This document shows, piece by piece, positions 48,328-61,864 of a stretch of DNA of 64,000 nt. Under the pieces are notes generated by a model, which worked only from the letters and a program-made list of their open reading frames with translations, ran no database searches and was not told the DNA's origin. Source of the stretch: Malacoraja senta (Eukaryota); contig JAXLNO010000077.1 of the NCBI GenBank assembly GCA_038087875.1, positions 1 through 64,000 on the forward strand. Reading direction: 5' to 3'. The stretch's first letter is position 1, and every line of letters starts with the position of its first letter. The position numbers and the translations under genes are program-made.

Positions 48328-51300
48328 TAGATACATAGATACATAGAAAATAGGTGCAGGAGTAGGCCATTCGGCCCTTCGAGCCTGCACCGCCATTCAA
48401 TATGATCATGGCTGATCATCCAACTCAGTATCCCGTACCTGCCTTCTCTCCATACCCCCTGATCCCCTTAGCCACAAGGGCCACATCTAACTCCCTCTTA
48501 AATATAGCCAATGAACTGGCCTCAACTACCCTCTGTGGCAGAGAGTTCCAGAGATTCACCACTCTCTGTGTGAAAACGTTTTTCCTCATTTCGGTCTTAA
48601 AGGATTTCCCCCTTATCCTTAAGCTGTGACCCCTTGTCCTGGACTTCCCCAACATCGGGAACAATCTTCCTGCATCTAGCCTGTCCAACCCCATAAGAAT
48701 TTTGTACGTTTCTATAAGATCCCCTCTCAATCTCCTAAATTCTAGCGAGTATAAGCCAAGTCTATCCAGTCTTTCTTCATATGAAAGTCCTGACATCCCA
48801 GGAATCAGTCTGGTGAACCTTCTCTGCACTCCCTCTATGGCTATAATGTCCTTCCTCAGATTTGGAGACCAAAACTGTACGCAATACTCCAGGTGTGGTC
48901 TCACCAAGACCTTGTACAACTGCAGTAGAACCTCCCTGCTCCTATACTCAAATCCTTTTGCTATGAAAGCTAACATACCATTCGCTTTCTTCACTGCCTG
49001 CTGCACCTGCATGCCTACTTTCAATGACTGGTGTACCATGACACCCAGGTCTCGCTGCATCTCCCCATTTCCTAATCGGCCACCATTTAGATAATAGTCT
49101 GCTTTCCTGTTTTTGCCACCAAAGTGGATAACCTCACATTTATCCACATTATACTGCATCTGCCATGCATTTGCCCACTCACCCAGCCTATCCAAGTCAC
49201 CTTGCAGTCTCCTAGCATCCTCCTCACAGCTAACACTGCCCCCCAGCATAGTGTCATCCGCAAACTTGGAGATGTTGCCTTCAATTCCCTCATCCAGTTC
49301 ATTAATATAAATTGTAAATATCTGGGGTCCCAGCACTGAGCCTTGCGGTACCCCACTAGTCACTGCCTGCCATTGTGAAAAGGACCCGTTTACTCCTACT
49401 CTTTGCTTCCTGTTTGCCAGCCAGTTCTCTATCCACATCAATACTGAACCCCCAATACCGTGTGCTTTAAGTTTGTATACTGATCTCTTATGTGGGACCT
49501 TGTCGAAAGCCTTCTGAAAGTCCAGATACAACACATCCACTGGTTCTCCCCTATCCACTCTACTAGTTACATCCTCGAAAAATTCTATAAGATTCGTCAG
49601 GCATGATTTACCTTTCGTAAATCCATCCCGACTTTGTCCAATGATTTCACCACTTTCCAAATGTGCTGCTATCCCATCTTTAATAAGTGACTAGCAGTTT
49701 CCCCACTACCGATGTTAGACTAACTGGTCTGTAATTCCCCGTTTTCTCTCTCCCTCCCTTCTTAAAAAGTGGGGTTACGTTTGCTACCCTCCAATCCTCA
49801 GGAACTACTCCAGAATCTAAAGAGTTTTGAAAAATTATCACTAATGCATCCACTATTTCTGGAGCTACTTCCTTAAGTACTCTGGGATGCAGCCTATCTG
49901 GCCCTGGTGATTTATCGACCTTTAATCCATTCAATTTACCCAACACCACTTCCCGACTAACCTGGATTTCACTCAGTTCCTCCATCTCCTTTGACCCGCG
50001 GCCCCCTGCTATTTCCGGCAGATTATTTATGTCTTCCTTAGTGAAGACGGAACCAAAGTAGTTATTCAATTGGTCCGCCATATCCTTGTTCCCCATGATC
50101 AATTCACCTGTTTCTGACTGCAAGGGACCTACATTTGTTTTAACTAATCTCTTTCTCTTCACATATCTATAAAAACTTTTGCAGTCAGTTTTTATGTTCA
50201 CTGCCAGTTTCCTTTCATAATCTATTTTTCCTTTCCTAATTAAGCCCTTTGTCCTCCTCTGCTGGTCTCTGAATTTCTCCCAGTCCTCTGGTATGCTGCT
50301 TTTCTGGCTAATTTGTACGCATCATCTTTTGCTTTGATACTATCCCTGATTTCCCTTGTTATCCACGGATGCACTACCTTCCCTGATTTATTCTTTTGCC
50401 AAACTGGGATGAACAATTTTTGTAGTTCATCCATGCAGTCTTTAAATGCCTTCCATTGCATATCCACCGTCAACCCTTTTAGAACTAATTGCCAGTTAAT
50501 CTTGGCCAATTCACGTCTCATACCCTCAAAGTTACCTTTCTTTAAGTTCAGAACCGTTGTTTCTGAATTAACAATGTCACTCTCCATCCTAATGAAGAAC
50601 TCAACCATATTATGGTCACTCTTGCCCAAGGGGGCACGCACAACAAGACTGCTAACTAACCCTTCCTCATTACTCAATACCCAGTCTAGAATAGCCTGCT
50701 CTCTCGTTGGTTCCTCTACATGTTAGTTTAGATAACTAACCCGCATACATTCCAAGAAATCCTCTTCCTCAGCACCCCTGCCAATTTGATTCACTCAATC
50801 TATATGTAGATTGAAGTCACCCATTATAACTGTTTTGCCTTTGTTGCACGCATTTCTAATTTCCCGTTTGATGCCATCCCCAACTTCACTACTACTGCTA
50901 GGTGGCCTGTACACAACACCCACCAGCGTTTTCTGCCCCTTAGTGTTTCGCAGCTCTACCCATACCGATTCCACATCCTCCAAGCTAATGTCCTTCCTTT
51001 CCACTGCGTTAATCTCCTCTCTAACCAGCAACGCTACCCCACCTCCTTTTCCTTTCTCTCTATCCCTCCTGAATATTGAATATCTCTGGATGTTCAGCTC
51101 CCAGCCTTGGTCACCCTGGAGCCATGTCTCCGTGATCCCAACTATATCATAATCATTAATTGCTATCTGCACGTTCAACTCATCCACCTTATTACGAATG
51201 CTCCTTGCATTGAGACACAAAGCCTTCAGGCTTGTTTTTACAACGCTCTTACCCCTTATACAATTATGTTGAAAAGTGGCCCTTTTTGATTTTTGCCCTG

Positions 51301-51692
51301 GATATGTCTGCCTGCCACTTTTACTTTTCACCTTACTACCTATTGCTTCCGCCCGCATTTTACACCCCTCTGTTTCTCTGCTCACCCATTTAAGAACCCC
51401 ACCACCTCTTATTCTCTGTTTATTATTGTTTTCTTCTTTCCCCCCTACATGTTGGGTCTGAGTGCTTTCCTTCTCTGCCTCCTGCCTCACACACTGTCTA
51501 ATAGCATTCTCTATTTGAGTCCCTCCCCCCAACCATTCTAGTTTAAAGTCTCCCCAGTAGCCTTTGCAGATCTCCCCGCCAGGATATCGGTCCCCCTCAG
51601 GTTCAAGTGCAACCCATCCTTTTTGTACAGGTCGAACCTTCCACAAAAGAGGTCCCAATGATCCAAAAATTTGAATCCCTGCCTTCTGCACC
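48328..51692 (-). mobile_element. 3.4-kb CR1: end of esterase ORF1 and a complete but frameshifted EN+RT ORF2
   Basis: Near the 5' end, DHWDLFCGRFDLYKKDGLHLNLRG (SGNH esterase motif). Then CLNARSIRNK, GITETWL, MGDFN, SDH, PGPD, YRPVSL, LDFQKAFDKV, GVPQGSVLGP, FADD. (TATGTATC)n tail; TSD GGTTTCA at 48321-48327 and 51693-51699. Confidence 0.95.
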
Positions 51693-52330
51693 GGTTTCAA
51701 AGGTCTTTTATTGTCACATATACCAATTAAGGTACAGTGATATGCGAATTACCATACAGCCATACGAAAAAAAAGTAACAAGACACACAACTACAAAAAA
51801 GTTAACATAAGCATCCACCACAGAGGATTCCCCACATTCCTCACTGTGATGGAACACAAAATAGTCCAATCTTCTTCCTCTTTATTCTCCAGCGGTCAGG
51901 GCAGTCGAACCATCCGTTGGGGCAATCGAAGCTCCCGCATCCGGCGGTCGAAACTCTTGCGGCTTGGAGTTCCCGAAGTCGGTCTCCGACCAGAGACCGT
52001 GGGCTCTGTGTTGTTAAAGTCCGCAAGCACCGATGGATGGAGCTCTGAGTTCGATCCCTGGCAAAGGGATCGCGAGCTCCGCAATGTTAAAGTCCCGCAG
52101 GCGACCGCCGTGGAGCTCTCAAAATTGGTCTCCAGCAAAGGCTGCCAACTCCTCGATGTTAGGCCGCAGTGCGGTCGGAGAAAAAAAATCGCATCTCCAC
52201 CGAGGTAAAAGATTAGAAAAAGTTTCCCCTGACACCCCCCCCCCCCATAAAACAAGCTAAAGAACACTAAAAATATACATTTAACACATACAATTAAAAC
52301 ACAAAAGGAAAGGACAGACAGACTGTTGGC
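51693..52330 (-). mobile_element. Non-coding retroposon related to the 873-bp family; tail remnant at 48311-48327
   Basis: Shares architecture with 27875-28747: pyrimidine-rich 5' CAGTCTGTCTGTCCTTT, a G-run, a GC-rich body, CCATCACAGTG, ATGGCTG, TGACAATAAA and an (ACCTTTGAA)n tail. Confidence 0.75.
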
Positions 52331-53417
52331 AAGATGCTGCCTGTCACGCTGAGTTACTGCTACATTTTGTGTCTATCTTCAGTGTAAACCAGCATCTGCA
52401 GTTCCTTCTTACTCCCTACCAAACAGGTCACCTGGTCGTTATCCCACTATCATTTATGGGAGTTTACTATATACAGCTGGCTGCCATGTTTCATTATTTC
52501 AGAAATAACTTTGTTTCATAAAGTATTGGTATTAATTTATTATTGTCACATGTACTGAGATAGTGAAAAACTTTGGATGCAATGCAGTCAAATCATTCTG
52601 TACCAGTACAATCAAGCCATTACACAAGTACAACAGTTAGTGCAAAGAGAAAAAATATCAGCATGTAGACTATAGTGTTATGCCATTATTGTATTGCAGT
52701 TACATAGAGGAAGTGCAGATAAAATAAAAGTATAGGGGGTGCAAGGAGGATGACATGGATATTAGGAATACACCCTTAGTTTATGAGAGATCCATTCAGC
52801 AGTCTGTGAATGGGATGACACTGTTCCCGAGTCTGATGGTACATACATTCAACTACCCGACGTGGGAAAGGAAAGAGGGAATGACTGGGGTGAAAATGGT
52901 CCTTGATTATATTGTCTGCTCTCACGAGCCAGTTGTAACGTAGAAGTCAATGGGAGGAAGGGGGAAGAGAGGTGGCTGGATTGTGCGATGGCTCGGCTAC
53001 GCCCACAATTATCTGCAATTTTTCATGTTTTGTGCAAAGATTTTTGCCAAACCAAACTCTGATGAATCCCAGTAGGATGCATGATACAGAGGAAGGTGCA
53101 AGAGGCAGTGGAATTATATTACTAATTAGGGAGGTCTGGGTATAGGAGGAAAGTACTAAATTGGGGGACGAAAATTGCAATATTATGAGGCAACACGAGG
53201 GAGAGTATATTTGGCGAACCTGTTATTGGGTAAGGCCACATCTGACATGTGGGGATCTTTTCAACCCCAACTGATCAGATTAAGACAGGCATTTCAAGAG
53301 AGTAATGAGGAGGAACAAGGATGACAAGGTAAGGAAACTTTGCATGACAAGAGAATTTATAAATCGGGTCAAAAAAAAGGAAGCATACATAAATGTAGAT
53401 GGGTTGTTGGTAAGTAT

Positions 53418-53708
53418 AGTTTAGAGATACAGCGCGGAAACAGGCCCTTCGGCATACCAAGTCCCCGCACATTAACACTATCCTACACACACTATGGACA
53501 ATTTTATATTTCTACCAAGCCATTTAACCTACAAATATGTACATCTTTGGAATGTGGAAACCGAAGATCTCGGAGAAAACCCACGCAGTCGTGTGGAGAA
53601 CGTACAAACTCTGTACAGACAGCACCCGTAGTCGGGCTTGAACCCGGGTGTCTGGCACTGTAATCACTGTAAGGCAGCAACTATACCACTGTGCCACCGT
53701 GCCGCCCT
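53418..53708 (-). mobile_element. tRNA-derived SINE
   Basis: Reverse A and B boxes (CTGTGCCACC, CTTGAACCC), core GGAGAACGTACAAACTC and tail. Confidence 0.88.
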
Positions 53709-53714
53709 AATATA

Positions 53715-54305
53715 AGTTTGCAGATAACACCAGCGGTATAGCTGCAGACAGTGAGGAAAGCTGTCAAAGGATACAGTGATATTTATATCAGTTATCTATA
53801 TAGGCAGAGAAATAGCATGGAATTAAATCCGAGCAATTGAGATGTTGTACTTTGCAAGGTTGAATGTAAGGGGAAAGCATACAGTTAATGGCAAGACCCG
53901 AACAACATTAATGTCCAGAGGGATCACAGAGGTTGACGTGAAACCTGATAAAAGCTCATAAAATTACGAGGCATAGATAATGTTGACAGTCAAAATAGTT
54001 TTCCCAGGGTGGAAATGTCAAATACTAGAGGGCATAGCTTCATGGGGAGAGCAAAAAAGTTTAAAGGAATCTGTGCGGCAAGTTTTGTTTTTACAGTCGT
54101 AGGTGCCAGGAATGTGCTGCCAATGATCGTGATGGAAGCTGATATAACAGTACAATCCAACATGCTTTTAGAAAGCCACATGAATATGCAGGGATTGGCA
54201 GAGTATGGATCGTAGGCAGGCAGAAGAGATTAGTTTAATTTGGCATCATGTTTGGCACAGAAATAGTGGGCCAAAGTGCCTGTTTCTATACTGTACTGTT
54301 CTATG
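53715..54305 (+). mobile_element. Old, internally deleted CR1 fragment
   Basis: AAGTTTGCAGATAACACC...ACTAGAGGGCATAGCTT...GGGCCAAAGTGCCTGTTTCTATACTGTACTGTTCTATG. Confidence 0.7.
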
Positions 54306-56049
54306 TTGCAAGTCCCCCCGTTGTACACAGATTTCACATCTCTGGGCATGTTAATGCAAAATGGCTAATCTTTGCCACTAACCTGGAGTGAAATTTTCAG
54401 ATGGCTTTTCAGTCACTTGGGGATTGTTAACAGCTGACTGCATCATCAGCCAGTGTCTTCATACATAAATTTTCCAACAACAATCACCACATGAAAATTA
54501 GGAAATGCCACAATTTATATCTCTCTTTCCCTGCTCCAGGAAAATTAAAGCCAACTTGTTCTCTCCCAACATACCTGAGGTCAGCAAACCCAAAGGGTTT
54601 AAATTAAAATATAAACACTTTTATGAATCCTTTGAAGTCCAATTTTTCTTAGTGTCATATGGAAAATCAGCCTAATTGTACAAGTTGCTGGAAATTTGTG
54701 TATTCGTACAATTGCCAGTTCAGAAGTACTTAATTGGCTGTAAAATATGTTGGGATAACCTGTGGTTAGGAAAAGGTGTGATATTAATGTATTTTATTTC
54801 CAGAGAAGTCATATCCCCTGCAAAACAGAACTATGGCTGTAGATTGGTGATAATCTAACTGAATGACAGGCCAAACTTGGGAGTTGATTGGTCAAGATCT
54901 GTTCCTATGATTGCAAAATCATTACACGCAATTGGCTTTGAATTCTTTATTTCTAGATTTAGAAGCAAAAGTGCAGGTGTTATACATGAAATTTGGGAAC
55001 TAATATTTTTATCTCTCATTGAAATACACAGAGAAATTTCAGTACAGTATCTCAATATTATGTTTCTTATTGAGGAACCATTTTGAAATGTGTTTTAGCT
55101 TTTTAAACAAAGTAGGAAATATGTTCTCCGTGCATTATATAACTATTTGCGGAATCCACTTTTTCTTAATTTCAGAGGCTTTCAATAAAAGACAGTAAAA
55201 CATTTAGAAAATATTTTTTGATTAAACACACCCTTCTTATTTCCCTATCAAAAATTAAAATTGCACAAATCACATAGGGTTGTGCATCTGAATGTTGATG
55301 AGTATTAGGCATAAAGAAAAACTACAGCTATTCCTACAATTGGAATTGCGAGGGTAAGGTATCCTGTATGTTAATAAAGTAATAATAATTCTCTCTATTC
55401 CTCTCTATCATTTACATAACCAAATTAAAATTCACAGCAACCCAAATTTCTAAATCATTAGTACCTCAAAATCATTTTCGTTTTAGCTTGCTAATTTTTA
55501 TCAGTCAGACATGGGAACAGTGCATAATCCATTGTTGATGGGATGCAAATTTTTAAAGAAATATGTCATATTCACTGGGGAATCCTATGCACATGATTTC
55601 TCTTGCAATATGATCTACCCCTTCAGTTGGCTGGAATATCGTAAATAGAAATGCTTCTTTTGATTTGAAGACTGATACTACCTTTAGAAGAACAAGGCCT
55701 ATCCTTGCTACAGAATCTGCATTTTTATTTATAATGTAATCAAATTTTGATATACTCAAAATGTATCTACTTGGAATGCTTGAAATATACATGAAGACAG
55801 CAAGTGAAATAACATAGAACTAGTATGAATCTATGAACAATGGCTGGCGTGGATACGGTGGGCCAAACGCCCGTTTCCATGCTGTATCTTTCAATCAATC
55901 AAAGAGACACGGGATAAAATTAATTCACTTGCATGGCATCCAGAATTTCTTCAGCTTGATTGAGTGAAGACTCTTTGCTTTACTATTTTATTACCCAAAT
56001 GGAACCTCTTCTATGGCATTGTTGATGGTGATGAGGTTGATCACAGCCT

Positions 56050-56300
56050 TGTTTGGTAATTCTGACGCCAAGAATGAAAGAGGCTGCAGAAGGTGGTGGA
56101 CATTGCCTCATCCATCATGGTACTGACCTCCACCTTGGAAGGGATCTATAGGAAATACTGCGTCAAGAAGGCAACTAATGTCATCATAGACCCACACCAC
56201 TCTGGCCACACACTTATATCACGGCTACCATCGGGAAAGTGGGACAAGAGCCTGAGAACGGTTACCTCCAGCTTCAAGAACAGCTTCATCCATCAACCAT
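56050..56300 (+). mobile_element. Degenerate Rex1-like 3' fragment
   Basis: LEGIYRK.CVKKA..IIDPHHSGHTLIS.LPSGK..SL.T.TS.FKNSF. Confidence 0.75.
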
Positions 56301-56376
56301 CAACTCTTGAACCACCGCGCACAACCCTATGCATCGAACTACTATGGGCTTTGCAAAAAGTTGCACTATGTACTAG

Positions 56377-56410
56377 AGTCTGAAGAAGGGTCTCGACCCG
56401 AAACGTCGCC
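56377..56410 (+). ncRNA. Minimal hammerhead ribozyme motif (PLE-type), intact core
   Basis: CUGAAGA (56380-56386), stem II GGGUC-UC-GACCC, GAAA (56400-56403), palindromic ACGU, GUC cleavage triplet (56405-56407). Confidence 0.75.
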
Positions 56411-59400
56411 TATTCCTTCGCTTCATAGATGCAACTAGTAAGAATTATTCTGGTCCCAGTGCACATGACAATTAAATACTCTTGATTCTTGCTTGTCTTC
56501 TGTTTTATTTTCAGATTCATCCATCAAGATACAAAAATTAACAAGAAAAATTGTCCAGTCATGGCTATCAGAAATATGGCATTAGTTCCAACAAAAGGCC
56601 AATGATATTGTCAAGAAAACAGTAAGCTTAAGAATTAGGATAAGTCCATAAATCAGCAAAAGAGGTTCAAGGCATTGAGAATGAAGAAAGTAAGAATAGG
56701 CTAGCAAAAACAAAAAACTGACTGTAAGAGCTTCTGGAGTTACGTGACAAAGAAAATAGATTGACAAGAGATAATGTGGGTCCTTTACAGGCTATGAAAG
56801 GATAAACTATGAGGGGAAAATGGGAAATCACAGAAAAAACTATTTTGTTTATTTTCCCCACAAAAGGCACAAAAGATTCTCCTGGAAATAGCCCAGACTG
56901 AATGGGAAGCTCAAAGATGTGGCATTAGCAAAAATATTGAGTATTTATTGCAATAAAAGGTGTTGAATCCTCAGGGCTTAACAATCTATATCCTATGGAT
57001 ATGAAAGGAGGTGAGTATAGAGGAACTGGATTCACTGATTGTTATCTTCCAAAATATTCTTCCTAAGATCAGGATACCAGATCTGTACACTGTATTCAAG
57101 ATCCAGATCACCAGGGCACTATAAAATTGGAGCAAATATCTGCACTCTCGGTCTCAAACCCTCTAGCAATAAAGTCAGAATTCCATTTGCCTCCTTAAAT
57201 GGTGAGCAGCTGGAAATTATAAAGCAGAAAGTGTAATACAGACCCATGTACTGACATAACCAAAATCTGTGTAGGAAGGGACTGCAGATGCTGTAGCTTC
57301 TCCTAGCTCCAGTCTCCCCCCCGCCCCCTTTACTTTCTTTCTGAAGAAGGGTTCCGACCCAAAATGTCATCTGTTCCTTTTCTCCAGAGATGCTGCCTGA
57401 CTTGCTGAGTTGCTCCAGCACTTAAATGTACCAAAACCTACTGTAGAGATACAAAAAAGGGCCAACAGAATGTTCACTCACACTTTGAAGTGGTGAAAGT
57501 ACAGAAGGAATGAAGCTATTTGTGGCTGTAGAAACCCCTTAGTCATCTAGAAAGCTGTATTCGGCAGTTGGCATGGCACTTTGAGAACACAAGGCAGTGG
57601 AGACTCAGCAGAATTATACTAAGGTCAAGCCTCATATTCCATTGAATATGGTAGTAAGGAATGTCCTATCATGGATATTTAAGATCATTAAAACAAGTTG
57701 ACAGAGGCACAAGTGAGGGAATCAAGCAAAATGGGGAGAAAAAAACATTTAAGAGCCCACAAGAAGCTTGACCATAGCACAATGCAACAACACTGAAGTA
57801 ATAAAACATTCAAACGCATTTATTAATCAAAAATTGTCACCAAGCTCCAAAATAATAAGATACCACCAACATGTGTAAGAAGGAACAGCAGATGCTGATT
57901 TAAACCGAAGATAGACACAAAAAGCTGGAGTAACTCAGCGGGACAGGCAGCATCCCTGGAGAGAAGGAATGGGTGATGTTTTGGGTCGAGACCCTTCTTC
58001 AGATCCCACCAATAACTTGTTTTACATTCCCTCCACAGATGTTGCCTGACGTAAAGTTACTCCAGCACTTTACGTTTTGTTCAGGGTTCCAGCATCTGCA
58101 GTTACTTGTGGCTCCAGCTTGTTTTTCTTTTCCACTTAGTAGATGTGCACATTGCTGACTAAGGCAGCATTTGTCATCCATTGGTTAAAGATTGTAGTGG
58201 AAATGAAGCCACACCTTTAACTGCTATAACCTTTAGCGTGAAGGTGCGCCCATTGAGGTCTCCACAAAGTAGGATTGGGTCTAGGTATCTTGGCTATCCC
58301 AAGTAGTGGGAGAAGAAAAAGCAGATTAGGAGTGTGGTGAAAGGGAGTGAGGGGTGCAGTGAGAAAATGTCAATGTGACCACAAAGGTAGTGGCCAATTT
58401 GATGAAGGATTTCTGAACTGAAACAATAACTGTTTCTCTTTCTTCAGGTGTTGCATGACCTGCTGAATGTTTCCAGTATTTTGTTCTTACAACACATAAA
58501 TGGTTACTAGGACATGGAACTGGACTTGAAAAACAGACAACAATTTAGCTTGATTAAAAAGCTTCTTGTTCTCAGCTCTTATTTTGAAAAAAGCACAAAT
58601 GATTTGCTACTTATATTTGATTATTAAAATAAGCTTACAAACATAATTTACATATGTACTCTGCCACAATATGTAAATTAGATCAAGCTTAAACAATTAT
58701 CTTCAAAATGCAATATATTTTATCCAATATGCCTGCTTTAAATTTTTCCAGCATATACCAGGTCTTTGTGATGCTGTGCAATAATAATATTGAGGACATT
58801 GTCCTATATAACACAATGGAGGGGTATATTTAGTTCCAAGCCAAAGTACACCCTTCCATCTCCCATTAAGTCTCATATCCTGCTGCCTCACTGCAAATCC
58901 TCTCATCCCGTGCAAACTTGCTTCAGTAAATGAACAGGTGAACATCCATATGCAGACAACCAAAAAGCAGATCCTTCAATCTAGGACTGCACCAGATACA
59001 GCAGACACAAACAAATGGAAAGTTCCACGTATACATCTGTCGCGATTTATTAAATGGAGCACAGATCACTTAGTCTCCATTCAATTAGTGGCAACTGGTT
59101 AATGAATGTTTGAAAATTTAAAACAGAATTCAAAATTTTACGAGACGATAACCAAATTAAACTCAATATGTCATCACAATAATTTGCAGTCAGAGTACCG
59201 TAAAAATAAAACTCAGCATGTGTCTGGTTGCTTAGAATCAAGATGCCTTGATGTTTCAACATTTTCACATCAAGGTGCAATCTCTCGAATGACCAGGGCA
59301 AAATAATGAATTAATCTCTGAAGACACTATCACATAAAAAGAACACACAGTACCCACTCCCAAGTACAGAAAGTAAATCTATAAATAGGAGTCATTCATG

Positions 59401-59589
59401 TCATTGTCCATTCATGAATGCATTCAGGAAGTGGTTTTCGCAACGCACTCCATGTCTTGAATAGAGACATAGAGACAGTTTTACTGCACATCAACCACAT
59501 TTTGGAAGCCATGCCATTCTAAGCATGCATCAATTCTCCATTACATACTAAATTACATACTCAACATTAATTTCACAAAATTAACAAAG

Positions 59590-59950
59590 AAAAGACTTGC
59601 ATTTGTAAAGTGCCCGTCACAATTTCTGGGCATCTTAAAGTGGTTTACAGCTTTTTAAATAACGTAGTCATTTTATTGTGTGGGAATCATGGCAGTCTCC
59701 ACAAAGTGCAAGGTGACAATGACCAGATGATCTCTTTTAGTGATGTTTGTTAAGAGATAACTCTCAGCTAGGACACAAGGAAGAGGTTCAGTAGAACCTT
59801 CTCAAAATAGTGCTGTAGAAATGTTAACATATAACTAAGAGCAGAAAGGAAGCCTCAATTCTGCATTCCTTCCAAAACATTGCACATTCAAAGCATAACA
59901 GTCTTCTAAGAACGCTTCACACCCTCAACCCTCAGCACTACACCAGGAGA
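59590..59950 (-). mobile_element. Old Deu-domain-like SINE
   Basis: AAGACTTGCATTTGTAAAGTGCC tail; GACAATGACCAGATGATCTC..TTAGTGATGTT; CTAGGACAC; AAATAGTGC. Confidence 0.65.
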
Positions 59951-60199
59951 ATCAATATAGACGTTATGCTCGAAGAGAAAATCTGCACATTTATGATAAT
60001 ACTGCTAAAACCTAAACCTAAAGTGGTCTCAGGGCCCAGCAAACTAAGAAAAACATGCATTGGGGCAAAGGAGGCAAACTCAGCAATGGGCCTTCCAAAA
60101 TTTCAACAGATCTTTTAAAATCAAATACATAGGAGCTACCAACAGATGAGACATTACATTTCTTCCACAATTTTTGTGCTTCGTTGGCTTATCCTTTTT

Positions 60200-60540
60200 T
60201 TTCAGTCACTTGGGATCGAACATGACTTGCTTCTACTCCAGTTCTGTGGACTCTGACATGACTGCTGGCCACAGATGTGGGAGGTGTCTATCCTGAGACG
60301 TAGTTGTGTAGTTTGTGAGGTGGTGCTCTCCTTCTGCCATGTTTCTGTGTGCTCCTGGTGCTTGGACTCAAGGTTCGCAGGGCCATCCCAAATACTCCTT
60401 TTCCATTTTGAGTGGTCGTGGGCCAGCGGCTCCCAGCAGTCAGTGGTTGATGTTGCATTTCTATCCCCAAGGAGGCTTTGAGAATGTTTTCAAATCCTTT
60501 CCTTCTGTCCATCTGGTAACCACTTCCTATGACAGAGAGA
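60200..60540 (-). mobile_element. Degenerate RTE 3' fragment
   Basis: Minus strand R..F..ILKASL...KW; homologous to 17730-18010. Confidence 0.6.
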
Positions 60541-61184
60541 GCTGAAAATGCATCATTAGGGCCTCCGTGCTGGGATGTTGGCTTGTGTTACTCTGGCTTC
60601 TTATCACTGATATAATGTCTGACAAAACAAAACCCTGTGTGTCATTGGGGCTTGGCTCGCCCCATTAGTGGGCAGGAATACCAAAATTATAGGTAACAAT
60701 AATTTTTAAACAAATATTATACCAGTTTATTGGGTTTAATTTATCATGGCAGCCGTTAAATTCATTTATTTGCTTTCCCCAAAATATTATTCTTTTTAAA
60801 CAAACCAATATTCATAACTTTAATAACTTCAACCGCAGTTCCCCAAATGTTCTTGATACTTAGTTTCCAAGGTCCACAAACAGGAACTAGGGCAACGTTC
60901 TCGCCTATTCTCATCAAGTTCTGTTGACTCATCAACAAACTGCCCACCTCAGCCTGTCATCCTCCACATACTATACATTATTCCTCAAGCCTCATGCCAT
61001 TCCAACACCTTAATCATAGTGCCATAACCATCAAAACCTTCAGACACACCATCTCAATGCTATTATCTTTCTCTCTGCTTTTAAGGTCTTACAATTCTCT
61101 GTAATGGCCCTGATATAACTCATGCCACTAACGTATTTTCCCTTCTGGAGCTGTGAGCATTGCTCTCTTCACTGCTCATTAGGC

Positions 61185-61560
61185 CATGGTTCAAATCTCA
61201 ACAGAAACACTAAAATCTACACAGGCATTCTGGCCAGTACTGAGTGAATGCTGCGCCAGAAGTTTAGTCTTCCAACCAAGAGGTATCCCATCTGTCCTCT
61301 CAAATGAATACAAAAGATCCCACAGCACTATTATGAAGTCGAGGAAGGAGTTTTCCCCAGAGTTGTTACCAGTATTTTTCCCTCACCCAATGCCTTAAAA
61401 CTCTCCAGACAGTACAATAATGCTCTATTCAGGACACTGCTAGGCTTAGTATCGCCTCCACATTTCTCATGTTATGACTCTTCAGTAATATATCATTACT
61501 AAGGAGATGCTTTGGGATACCATGAAAATGTAAAAGTACCTTTCAAGTCCTGCTTTTTCT
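61185..61560 (+). mobile_element. Old Deu-domain-like SINE
   Basis: GGTTCAAATCTCA head; CAGTACTGAG; TCTGTCCTCTCA..AAAAGATCCCACAGCACTATT..GAAG..GGAGTTTTCCCC core. Confidence 0.7.
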
Positions 61561-61864
61561 CTACTTGTCCCAAGCTACATTTTGGGTCTTCATATTGAAA
61601 GCAGACAAATATCATTTAATTTACAAAGCAACCTAGAGAAATATAATTTGCTGTATTTTTGAAAGCAATACAGTTTCTCAGTGAAATGCATTTAAATTAT
61701 ACAACAAAAATCGAGCATACATTAGGAGTTGTCCAGTTAAAAATTAGGCTGCTGAGTTGCTTGTAATTCTGTTTAATTAATAGTGCAGTATGTTATATGA
61801 GCACAACCCATTTTCATAAGTACAAAGTACAAAATAAAAAGTGAAACACTAATTAGTTACTTAC

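Larger units (their letters stand above)
48184..52416. mobile_element. PLE-derived fold-back element split by later insertions
   Basis: Left part 48184-48310, right part about 52331-52416. TSD TACCAAACAGRTC at 48171-48183 and 52417-52429. Confidence 0.85.
47940..52530 (+). mobile_element. Old Deu-domain-like SINE split by a three-level nested insertion
   Basis: 47940-48183 (GGGAGTGCACCATTGTTGGA...TGAGAC...GAAGATCAG...ACCAAACAG) continues at 52417-52530 (CCTGGTCGTTATC...TTTATGGGAG...TGGCTGCCATGTTTC). Confidence 0.6.
1..61864 (-). other. PCCA: Large PCCA intron downstream of the exon (continues beyond the left edge of the window)
   Basis: GTAAGT donor at 61859-61864. I scanned by eye for the next exon (VHVKMADEAVCVGPAP...SYLNMD) and did not find it in the window. 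Confidence 0.7.
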
